Virus record (IMG/VR): IMGVR_UViG_3300027763_000034
Location: 32,001-96,000 of that record
Origin: a virus
Length of the DNA stretch: 64,000 bases
Direction: 5' to 3' (one strand)
Positions within the stretch are counted from its first letter, which is position 1; each line of letters begins with the position of its first letter. Under the pieces are notes generated by a model that was given only the letters and a program-made list of their open reading frames with translations, was not told where the DNA came from and did not search any database. Both the position numbers and the translations under genes were made by a program. Positions 30,483 through 40,082 of the stretch are shown one piece after another.

Positions 30483-33013
30483 ATGACTCAACTTACAGAA
30501 ACACTATACAGCACTATTGTGCACGACTTCCATAATGGTGGGGTCAAGTCCTCTTATGGACTCAATGCCTATACACGCAAGGCTCTATTGCGTGACCTAC
30601 TCTCTAGCAAGGCTTGCTATTGCATAGAGTGCGTGTGTGAGGTAACTCACACCGCATAAGGCTCACGCTACGGCGTGTCGCCTTGATAATGTCAGCCCAC
30701 TAGGCTACAATACTTACTATAACTACTAACGAAAAGGATAGAAAATAAAATGAAGATAACTTACTCACTATGGGACGGCGCTCAACTACTAGGCGTGGAT
30801 TTCACCGCTAATAGCGCAGACGAAATGAATAAGGTCGTAGCAGACCTAATGAAAGTTTCTCGTAATGTCGTAGCACATATGCGAAAGGTAGAGCAGAACT
30901 AATGTCATACGCATACTCATACCAAACTAACTCAATAGATAAATATAACTCTATTCAATCAGATGTCGCAGACGCATACGCATACCTTGATGAAGAAGAA
31001 ACAGAGCAACCCCCTGTTGATGATTTTGATGATGTAGATGATGAAGAATTGGCGCAAGTATTCGCACTAAGTTGGGATAACTAATGAACTTAGAACTAAA
31101 CGGATATGGTCTATGCCTAGATAGCGATTGGTTCTATGTCGCACTAGATTGGAAACTAATAACACTAACCGCCCTAGTGGTAATCGCCTATAAGATTTAT
31201 AAGAGAAAGAAGAATAAGTAATGACTACTAATCGCCTACTAACTACCCTAGTGCAACTGGGTATTGGTATCCCCGCCCTGCTTATGCTACGCCTTGCTAT
31301 AAAAGACTTCTTAGAGAATGGACTAGATTAATGAAATCGGAATTAGAGAGAGATTTAGAAATCAAAGAAAGTTTTATTGATTTACTAAATGATGTTTATC
31401 CTACTGTAAAAATCGGTTACTCTACATTCACACCCGCCGAGATTTTGGAGTGTTGCGATCCTATCGCTTTTTCTATCGGACTAATTGAGCACCAAGATTA
31501 TTTAGAAGAATTAGAAGAAGAATAACGGCGTGTCGGCTTGACAATGTCAAGCTGGCCCGCAAAGGCACGGGGTCGGGCGTGTCGTTACGGGCTTTGCATA
31601 GAACCCCTAGAATTTTGTGATTTTTATCACATAGGTTGAGCGTCTCAGTATTTGGATTTACTGGCTAGTAATTATCTTATGTCAGTGGGTTCGTGTATAA
31701 TGTCTACTATAACAACAACGAAAGAAGGTCAATTCATGAACCTAGATGAATTCAAGGCGCATGTTATCGCCACCCGTCAAGCAAGCAAGGCAGAAGCCTT
31801 GTCAGTGCTATCTGCTACAATGTCAGTATCAACAACAACGAAAGAAGGAAAGTAATGTCAGCAAATGTTTACAATGTAACCGATTTACTAATCGGAAAAA
31901 CTTATCGCTCAAATTCCGTAACTGGAGAAATTATCTCAGCGGAAATTCACCCGCAAGCAATTTGGTATGAAGGCGCAGAAGCGTATCGTGTCCAAATTAG
32001 AAAAAATACTGGCGGTTATACTTATCGCAGTTTGGCGGTAAATAAATGAACACAATGATTGACGAAAATGAATTTTATACAATTCACGAACCAACTTTTA
32101 TGTGTTGTGATGAAAGCCAATTTCGTTATGTGTGTAAAGCACACGGCGAAAGTATGGGTTGCTACTTTTGCGAATTTGACTACTCTAATGATTGCGAGGA
32201 ACAACACTAATGGGATACATTGAAATTTTCCGAATGGATAACGAAGGTGCTGGCTGGGTAGATTTATCCGAAGCAACACCCGATGAATTATTCAACATTG
32301 AATTAGGTCTAGTCAATGAAGGTGCGTTTGACGGCTCTTTATTTATGAATGGGGAAAACGAATGAGCGAAATTGCTGGAATGTGGATTTGCTCTAATTGC
32401 GATACTCTCGCCATTGTGTCAGTGGAAACTGATACAATACTTGTAACACAATGTAAATGCGTAACTAACGAAAGGGAAACTAATGAATAAATACACTTTT
32501 GGCGTTTGGCTAGACATAGACGCAGAGGATGAAAATCAAGCGTTATCTTTATTTGATGAGGTTGTAAAGAAAAATCCTTTTGTTTCAGACTCTTATTGTT
32601 TTGAATGGAAAGAGGTTGCTAATGTATAAAATAACTCTAGCCTATGACGGAAATGCCCCACACTGGCAGGGCGATTACTATGATGAAATGGAAGCGTGGT
32701 CAGCGTTTTTCAAATTCACCGACTGGGGATTTGCTGATGAATTCTCAACTGTAAATATTTACACTCCCGAATTGAAATGCTACACAAAAAACTTTTATCG
32801 TAGCGGAATGGTGGTAGCAAAATGATGACACGCAAAGACTATGTGGCAACGGCAGAAATTCTAAAGTTTGCTAGCGACAAAACGCACCCTGCTTTATTTT
32901 CTAAAATCGTAAATGATTTTGCTGAAATGTTTGCGAAAGATAATGAGCGATTTGATGTAAAACGATTTCACGAAGCGAGTGGATACAATGTTCCTAAACT
33001 CACTTCAAGATAA
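30483..33013 (+). CDS. Array of small (40-70 aa) early-type hypothetical ORFs, e.g. 30483-30659, 30750-30902, 30902-31084, 31331-31525, 31855-32049, 32822-33013
   Basis: Tightly coupled ORFs (TAATG overlaps) behind repeated promoters and RBS. Confidence 0.6.
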
Positions 33014-33255
33014 GGTAAAACGAATTCAGGAATTGCGTCGCAGTAATGCGGCGCAACCTGTTCGTAATAAAAAAAAATACACACGCAAGATCAAACATAA
33101 AAATAAACTTGACAATTAGCCAGCTGGCCCGCAAAGGCACGGGGTCGGGCGTGTCTTTAAGGGTGTGATCAATATCACCCTGGAAATTTGGGCCAGGATT
33201 GGAATATGTCGGTCCATTCTGCTATACTTGCCATTCAACCAACGATTGGGCTCCA

Positions 33256-33975
33256 ATGAAATTAAAACGTTCTAATGATAGAAAGGTGGCTAACCTTGTC
33301 ACAAAAAATGGAAAGCAAGCCGCAATTGCGAACACGTTCGGATTACCTGCAGGAAAGAATTATTCATGCCCTGGTGCCACTAGTATTTGTGAGAGTGTTT
33401 GCTACGCAGGAAAACTTGAAAAGTTATTCCCAGGAGTAAAAACTAATCTGCTACACAATTGGGATCTTCTGCGTAATGCGGATATGGATACAATGCTTAT
33501 TCTATTGGATGAGATGATTGTTGAATTTATTGCTGATTGTGAAAAGAAAGACGCTCCTAAATTATTCCGTATCCACTGGGACGGCGATTTCTTCAATGAT
33601 ACTTATACCTATGCCTGGAAAGTAATTATTGAAAATCATCCCGATGTGCAATTTTGGGTTTACACACGTGTAAAGTCTGCAGCGCTTATTCTAAAGGATG
33701 TATCTAATCTATCTCTTTACTATTCCACCGACGATGAAAATAAAGAAATAGCATTCGATTTGAAAACTAATTCTAAGGTCCGCCTTGCTTACCTAGGCAA
33801 GACATTCGCTGCAACCGAAGACACAATGAAAGAGTTGACTGGTAAGCCTGGTGCTAAGTGTCCTGAGAATATGAAGAGTATTCCACTTATCTCTAGCAAT
33901 GGGTCCGCCTGCGTATCTTGTGGCCTATGTGTATACGGTAAAGCGGATATTAGATTTTCTGCGAGTAAAAAATAA
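33256..33975 (+). CDS. GP88-like protein (radical-SAM-related Cys motif)
   Basis: CPGAT..C...CYA, RIHWDGDF, FWVYTR, C..CGLC; start placed after the promoter at 33207. Confidence 0.7.
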   Translation: MKLKRSNDRKVANLVTKNGKQAAIANTFGLPAGKNYSCPGATSICESVCYAGKLEKLFPGVKTNLLHNWDLLRNADMDTMLILLDEMIVEFIADCEKKDAPKLFRIHWDGDFFNDTYTYAWKVIIENHPDVQFWVYTRVKSAALILKDVSNLSLYYSTDDENKEIAFDLKTNSKVRLAYLGKTFAATEDTMKELTGKPGAKCPENMKSIPLISSNGSACVSCGLCVYGKADIRFSASKK

Positions 33976-34307
33976 TGTATGACGTTATCGGATCCATTCT
34001 TGGAATTGGATTAATTGCATTCTTGTGCTCACCAATTGTGCTAGCAGTGTACATGTGGAATGGTGCAAAATTTGATGATGATAATGATGGAATAGAAGAT
34101 TTACCTAATCGTTGGTAACGGCGTGTCGGCTTGACAAAGTCAAGCTGGCCCGCAATATTGTGGGGGGTTATCCACAGGCTTACGGGAGTTATCCACAACC
34201 CCTGGAATTGTGAGTATTATCACAAAAGCTGCGACACGCCCATAATGGATTAGGTAATGTCAGTGGCAAATGCTATAATACTCTTATCCAACAACGAAAG
34301 GTAACAA

Positions 34308-34777
34308 ATGACACCAGTAGAACACTCACTCAAATTCGTAACTGAGTTTGACGAAACACACCCTATCGCAAAACAATTTCTAAACTTAGATGAACAATCA
34401 CAAATTACAATGCTAGAGTCAATGCTAAAAGATTTATTGGTATCTGCTATTCAACCAGTAATTGACCAAATAAATGAAAATGGCTCTTACGCAATTCTAA
34501 AGGTGGCTAACTAATGGGATACAATACAGCGTTAGATTTAGCAGACTTAGATTTAGAACAAGGTATTGCTATTCACTTACAAAGTAATCATTACCCGCCC
34601 GTTCCTTATTCTATGGTGAAGCCGTGTATCGATGCTATCGATGCTTGGTGGGATGGCGATAGCGATAAACTGATCGAAATGCCTGAAGGCGTATCTTATC
34701 GAGGAGATAAGTTTGCCCCCGCTCACGCAATAATTGACCAACACCACTTACACGCTTGGCTACAAGAAAGTGATTAG
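34308..34777 (+). CDS. Two small hypothetical proteins (34308-34514, 34514-34777)
   Basis: Coupled ORFs with AACGAAAGG RBS. Confidence 0.65.
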
Positions 34778-35217
34778 CATCACACAATAACTTTCTCAAA
34801 TAATGAGATAGGGCTAGACTAATGTCAGACCCCAATGCTACAATACTACCTAACAAAGAAAAGAGGCAAAAATGACAATAGAAGGAAAACTCTATCAGGT
34901 CGGCGATTTATTCACCAGCCTAAAGTCAAAAAAGACAGGTGTTATCAAAGAGATACACCCACAGGCATCTGGCTCGGTGCGTGTGCTACTGGAACTACCT
35001 AGCAAGGAAACTCGCTGGACTTCAGTATCAGCCAAGACACTACTTGGCTAATAAGACGGAGGCATACACCATAATCGGGTGCTAAGCCACGAAACAGGGA
35101 CAGTTTAGGAGAGTATCTAGTCCAATGTCGTAAGTAAGAACTCTCCCCCCTTCGGGGGAAATGTCAGACCCCCCTGCTATACTATCCATAACAACAACCA
35201 ACGAAAGGTAATACAAA

Positions 35218-35634
35218 ATGAGCAGAGCAATAACAGTAAAGGTGGCAACACCAAAGGTAATCAAGGCACTAGAAACTCGTCTAGCAACACTAGAAAAAGA
35301 CTACGCTAGTCAAACAGCAAATGAAGCAAAGTTCCAAAAGGCACACGAAGCGTGGAAAAAGGAAATTGGTAAGTGGGCTATTGCCAACTTCTCAAAGTCT
35401 GAAAACCTACGCACAAACTATCGCTCTTGGAACAACACTCTCAATGTTGATTTTGACATCATCACAAAAGAGGGAACTTTTCCATCAGAACCTGAAAAGG
35501 ATTTTGAGGTTATCCATCAGCACAGTTATCGTGAGATGAAAGAGGACATCACCAATGCTCTCACAATTCTCAAAATGACAGATGAGGAAACAGTAAATGC
35601 TTCTACAATGAAGCAGATTGCTAAGTATCTCTAA
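35218..35634 (+). CDS. Hypothetical protein
   Basis: ORF with promoter 35162 and RBS 35199. Confidence 0.7.
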   Translation: MSRAITVKVATPKVIKALETRLATLEKDYASQTANEAKFQKAHEAWKKEIGKWAIANFSKSENLRTNYRSWNNTLNVDFDIITKEGTFPSEPEKDFEVIHQHSYREMKEDITNALTILKMTDEETVNASTMKQIAKYL

Positions 35635-35682
35635 ATAGGTTTTGGGGGGTTAGCACACAAAGTCTAGACACCTAAACCCAAA

Positions 35683-35709
35683 CAACCTGAGTAAGTTGCC
35701 AAACTGCTC
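35683..35709 (+). ncRNA. H-type pseudoknot motif, copy 1
   Basis: CAAC-CTGAGTAA-GTTG-ccaaac-TGCTC. Confidence 0.55.
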
Positions 35710-35741
35710 TCCTTCGGGAAACTACTAACAAAGGTAATACA

Positions 35742-36002
35742 ATGGCAAATCGTTTCAGAGTAGAAATCTACGATGCTAACAAAGCAAATGACATCACGAT
35801 TTATTCGGATCAAGGTGTTGATAAAGAGTATCTAACTGAATTAGTATTCAGTAACATCAGAAACTTTAGCGGAAAAATAAATGCTTATGTTTTTGATAAC
35901 GTAAAGAAAAAGAAAACAACTGCGATGTTTCTTGATGAGAGCACAGTTGAGTTTAATAAAAATCTAATTAGCAATGCTAAAAAGGTAGAGGTGGGGATTT
36001 AA
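35742..36002 (+). CDS. Hypothetical protein
   Basis: ORF with SD aaaggt. Confidence 0.6.
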   Translation: MANRFRVEIYDANKANDITIYSDQGVDKEYLTELVFSNIRNFSGKINAYVFDNVKKKKTTAMFLDESTVEFNKNLISNAKKVEVGI

Positions 36003-36179
36003 TCTCCAGCTCGGCCCCCGCTTTTGGGGGGTTATCCACAGGTTTACGAGTGCTTGTGGATAACCCTGAAAGTTTGTGAGAATGATCACACCGCACAATT
36101 CGGACAAATGACTAACTAACCTAGACAATGTCAGTGGCAGATGTTATACTTATGACTAATCAAACGAAAGGAAATAAAA

Positions 36180-37184
36180 ATGGCTCATAATCTAGAAATG
36201 GAAAATGGCGAAGTTGCATTTGCACTTCGTGGTGCTCCTGCTTGGCACAATCTCGCTAACCGAATCTTTACACAAGATGAGGAAGTTACAACCGCTACAA
36301 TGCTTGAAGAGGCAAAGTTAGCAAATTGGAATGTTCGTTTATCTCCAATCACTGAGCACATTCCAGAATCTTGGAATGATGTTTCTACCGCATCTCTTGT
36401 CATTCGTGATAACCCATTCAATAAGGGCGTAGATGTTCTCGCAACTGTCGGCAAGCGTTACAAGCCTGTGCAGAATGAAGAATTATTTGCATTCGCTGAT
36501 GCAATTCACGATGCTAATGCTGATTGCCGTTGGGAATCTGCTGGCTCATTGAAAAAGGGTAAAGTAGTTTTCGGAACTGTAGACATTCCCCGCACAATGG
36601 TATTAGACCCACAAGGTGCTAATGACCAAACTAAACTCTATCTAATTGTATGGACATCACACGATGGTTCTGTTGCTGTTCAGGCAGCCGTTACACCCGT
36701 TCGTGTTGTATGCCAAAACACACTAAACCTTGCAATGAAGAATGCTAAGCAATCTTTCAAGATTCGCCACACGCAATCTGTTGAAGGTCGCATTCAGGTT
36801 GCTCGTGAAACTCTTGGAATGGCGCTTGGCTATTTCGATGAGTTCGAAGTTCAAGCAAAAGCACTTTATGCTCAAGCAATTACTGATGCTGAATTCTCTA
36901 AGTTGATTCAGACAATCTATCCTAAGCCTGAAAAAGATGCTAAGGGTGCAATCAAGAAGTGGGAAAATAAGGTCGTTCTAATTGATGACCTTTATCATAA
37001 CTCACCAACTAACGCTACAATCAAGGGAACTAAGTGGGGTGCGTTCAATGCACTAACTGAGCGCCTTGATTATTATCGTTCAGGTCGTGGCAATGGCGAA
37101 ACACTTATGGCGGGTGCATCAGGGTTCGACCCAGTTCTAACCGCAGAAAAAAATAAGTTGTATCGTATGGTTGCAACTTTCTAA
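36180..37184 (+). CDS. DUF932 / TIGR03299-like phage-plasmid protein
   Basis: AWH.L, Y.PVQNEE.F, ESAGSL..G..VF, SHDGS, TPVRVVCQNTL, T.WGAFNA.TE. Confidence 0.85.
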   Translation: MAHNLEMENGEVAFALRGAPAWHNLANRIFTQDEEVTTATMLEEAKLANWNVRLSPITEHIPESWNDVSTASLVIRDNPFNKGVDVLATVGKRYKPVQNEELFAFADAIHDANADCRWESAGSLKKGKVVFGTVDIPRTMVLDPQGANDQTKLYLIVWTSHDGSVAVQAAVTPVRVVCQNTLNLAMKNAKQSFKIRHTQSVEGRIQVARETLGMALGYFDEFEVQAKALYAQAITDAEFSKLIQTIYPKPEKDAKGAIKKWENKVVLIDDLYHNSPTNATIKGTKWGAFNALTERLDYYRSGRGNGETLMAGASGFDPVLTAEKNKLYRMVATF

Positions 37185-37196
37185 AAAACTAAATAA

Positions 37197-37225
37197 AAAT
37201 CCTGAGCAAGATTTAAAACTGCTCA
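37197..37225 (+). ncRNA. H-type pseudoknot motif, copy 2
   Basis: AAATC-CTGAGCAA-GATTT-aaaac-TGCTCA. Confidence 0.55.
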
Positions 37226-37237
37226 CAATTTTTTCTT

Positions 37238-37311
37238 GGTCTGTTAGCTCAGTTGGTTAGAGCGCTACCCTGTCACGGTAGAGGTCGACGGTTCAAGTCC
37301 GTTACAGATCG
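37238..37311 (+). tRNA. tRNA-Asp (GTC)
   Basis: Canonical cloverleaf; CTACC-CTGTCAC-GGTAG; GGTTCAAGTCC. Confidence 0.92.
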
Positions 37312-37415
37312 CAAAGCGCCCCCAAAGGTAAGGGATCAAAAAGTGTGTTACGAATCACAAAAAAAATCCCTGAAAGCTATTGTAAATGTCAGTGGGCTCG
37401 TGTATAATTCTCATC

Positions 37416-38072
37416 ATGACCAACGAACTAGTATCAACTAAGTATACATTTGCCTGTGACCCAGACGAATGCGATGTATTAATAGAACTAACATCATCTG
37501 ACGGATTTGGATTCCCGTCGGGTGTGACTGAAATCACTTGTCCTTGTGGCCGTAAGCCAGTCTTATTGTCAGTGGTCAATGCTACAATTGCTCCTATAAC
37601 CCAAACGAAAGAGGAAAAAATGGAACCAACAACAACACCAATCCCTGAGTCATATAACTCTAATCTATTGGTAACCTACAAAGTTATCCGTGGATTCTCA
37701 GATGCAGAATATGCAACTGATAAAGTTACAAGTCTTGAATGGGACTTACACAATGGACGTCAGGCACAGAAGCACAATGCAGTTCTCCAAGGCAAGATTG
37801 ATTCGGCTAAAGAAATTATCTGCGAGGCATATGCAGACTCACAAGACCAAGATACCTTGCGTGAAATTGCTGAAGCGCTTGGCATTGAACTAATCAAGGA
37901 AGTTGAATGGTCTGCATCTATTGAAGTTAGCGGAACATATTCTTTCAACATTCTTGAGAATGATTATGATATGGACCTTGAATCAGAAATTACAGATGCA
38001 ATCTTTGCTGATTCACATCACGGTAACATTGAAATCAATGACCAAGAAGTATGTAATGTGCGTGAGAACTAA
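37416..38072 (+). CDS. Hypothetical protein with in-frame internal start at 37620
   Basis: Leaderless start after promoter 37387; second promoter 37567 plus RBS 37604 inside the ORF. Confidence 0.6.
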   Translation: MTNELVSTKYTFACDPDECDVLIELTSSDGFGFPSGVTEITCPCGRKPVLLSVVNATIAPITQTKEEKMEPTTTPIPESYNSNLLVTYKVIRGFSDAEYATDKVTSLEWDLHNGRQAQKHNAVLQGKIDSAKEIICEAYADSQDQDTLREIAEALGIELIKEVEWSASIEVSGTYSFNILENDYDMDLESEITDAIFADSHHGNIEINDQEVCNVREN

Positions 38073-38988
38073 TGTACTTTGAGTTGACCGCTCCCGATAG
38101 GCTATCTCTTGAGATGGCTTATTGGGATGCACAAATCACAGGGCTCGACCCTGAATTTATGCCGCCATTGACATTCAACATTGGAACTGGTAGTATTGAG
38201 AAAGTTAGTCGCATTCGTGATAAGTATAATTTAAAAGAATCATACTGGTCAGACAGAGAAGCGACAGGATACAGGGAGAAGTAATGTCAGATTACAAAGA
38301 TGGATTTCAAGACGGGTATAAGTTTGCTCGTGAAGAACTAATGGAAAAGTTAGCAGAGATTGATATTGCTGACATTGACTCTTGGATCCTTGACCGTCTT
38401 TCAGAAATGATTGAGGGTGGCAACCTGTGATGGCTGAATGGCTTAAGTGTGATCAGTGTGCAGCTCAGGCAATGTGGGAAGCAAAGAAAGATGAGATGTC
38501 TCTTTATTTTTGTGGACATCATAAAAACAAACAGGGCGAGTCACTTGTGGACTGGGCCCATGAAATGGTACAATTACTAAACTACGAGCAAGAACAACAA
38601 CTAGCAAAGGCGGAATAAAATGGGCGACAGAGCAAACTTTGGATTCAGAGATTCCAAGGAAAATATTGTATTTTTATATGGACATTGGGCAGGGCACCGA
38701 ATGCTAGAGAATTTAGCGGACGCCGTGCAGATTGCACATCCACGTTGGAATGATGAAGCATATGCTACACGTATTGCTATCAGCCAAATGATTGGTGATG
38801 AGTGGGCTAGCGAAACAGGCTGGGGCATTAGTGTTAATCAATTGGCAGATAATGAACACAAGGTCCCAATTATTGATTGGAAAAATAAAACGTTTACGTT
38901 AATGGAAGAAGACCTGCAGACTGTAGTATTTAGTACAACCTTGGATGCATTTGTGGCCAAGTATTGTAGTCAACTAAGTATGGTATAA
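38072..38988 (+). CDS. Run of small hypothetical ORFs (38072-38284, 38427-38618, 38620-38988)
   Basis: Coupled ORFs; 38620 has MGDRAN...LYGHWAG, a phage-type motif. Confidence 0.6.
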
Positions 38989-38994
38989 TTAATC

Positions 38995-39145
38995 TAGGAC
39001 CTTGGTCCTGGTTTTAATACAGAAATGAAGTGGTGCGTCTAACTAGTCTACGGGCCAGGCGCTAAGTAAAGCGGTTTATTTCTTTCGTTGGAAATCAGCA
39101 GCCATATTCATTAACCCCCCAGCTTGATCTGGGGGGTATTTTTTT
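38995..39145 (+). ncRNA. Candidate ~150-nt sRNA antisense to the early-gene RBS
   Basis: TGGTATAAT at 38981-38989, 5' hairpin, TTCTTTCGTTG seed at 39080-39090, terminator 39114-39145. Confidence 0.55.
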
Positions 39146-39308
39146 GCCCACAAAAGAAATGAGGGTATCATATGTGTTTTACGGATGTCAAGTCAAAACC
39201 CTGAAAATCCCAAGCTTTGAGATCATGTGGCATGAATCACATGCATTTGCTCTTCCATATGTCAGTGGTCTGATATATAATTAGAACATATCAACGAAAG
39301 GATATAAA

Positions 39309-40082
39309 ATGCCAAATTGGTGTTACAACACATTAACTATTCAAGGACCTAAGTCTGAGGTAGATATGATTAAAGATAGATTGAATAAACCTTTTACATT
39401 AGCCCAAGAAACATTTGGTATGGGTGATATATCTACTATGGGATTTCCTACTAAGATTGAACAGGTATCTTATTCTAATCCCGTTTTTTCTTTTCATAAC
39501 ATCCACTCATATAAAGATGACGGAATTACTGATGAGGAATATGCCTGCCAGCCTACACGACTAGGAACAGACACTAGTGCTCCTGATTGGTTTGCTAAAG
39601 AAGTTGCACATGCTAAAACTCAGAAGGATTGGTATTCATGGAATACATCTAATTGGGGAACCAAATGGGATGTTGCTGTCCGTGATGAAGATGAATATCC
39701 TGAAACAGAATTACTTGAATATAAGTCAGAAGGTGATGACAACTGGGTTGTATATAAATATGAAACTGCTTGGTCACCTGCTGTAACTATCTTAACTAAA
39801 CTAAGTAATCTTGTTCCGAACTGCCTGCTCACATTAGAGTATGAAGAAGAAACAGGCTGGGGTGGGGAATATGAGATTGTCCGTGGTGAAGTAAAAGAAT
39901 TGGCTGAATGGGAAAACCGTTGCTATGCTTGCCAGTCTTTTGATACATTGAGTTATTGTGAAGATGACTGTGGAGAATTCTGCTCAGAATGTAATCAAGG
40001 CTCTTGGCAGGATGAAAAGGCAATGGCAGAATGTCAGACCCATAGTGTATTATTAGAGCCTAAAGAAAAGGTGGAGGCATAA
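39309..40082 (+). CDS. DUF1281/YubB-like ferredoxin-fold protein
   Basis: MPNWCYN.L, WY.WN..NWGTKWD, TAWSP. Confidence 0.7.
   Translation: MPNWCYNTLTIQGPKSEVDMIKDRLNKPFTLAQETFGMGDISTMGFPTKIEQVSYSNPVFSFHNIHSYKDDGITDEEYACQPTRLGTDTSAPDWFAKEVAHAKTQKDWYSWNTSNWGTKWDVAVRDEDEYPETELLEYKSEGDDNWVVYKYETAWSPAVTILTKLSNLVPNCLLTLEYEEETGWGGEYEIVRGEVKELAEWENRCYACQSFDTLSYCEDDCGEFCSECNQGSWQDEKAMAECQTHSVLLEPKEKVEA

Noticed and set aside
31526-34155. Intergenic hairpins as integron attC sites
   Set aside because: No RYYYAAC/GTTRRRY ends and no integrase in the window.
35052-35160. Structured intergenic stretch (GGAGAGT/ACTCTCC, CCCC-TTCG-GGGG)
   Set aside because: Single copy with no promoter evidence; cannot support an ncRNA call.
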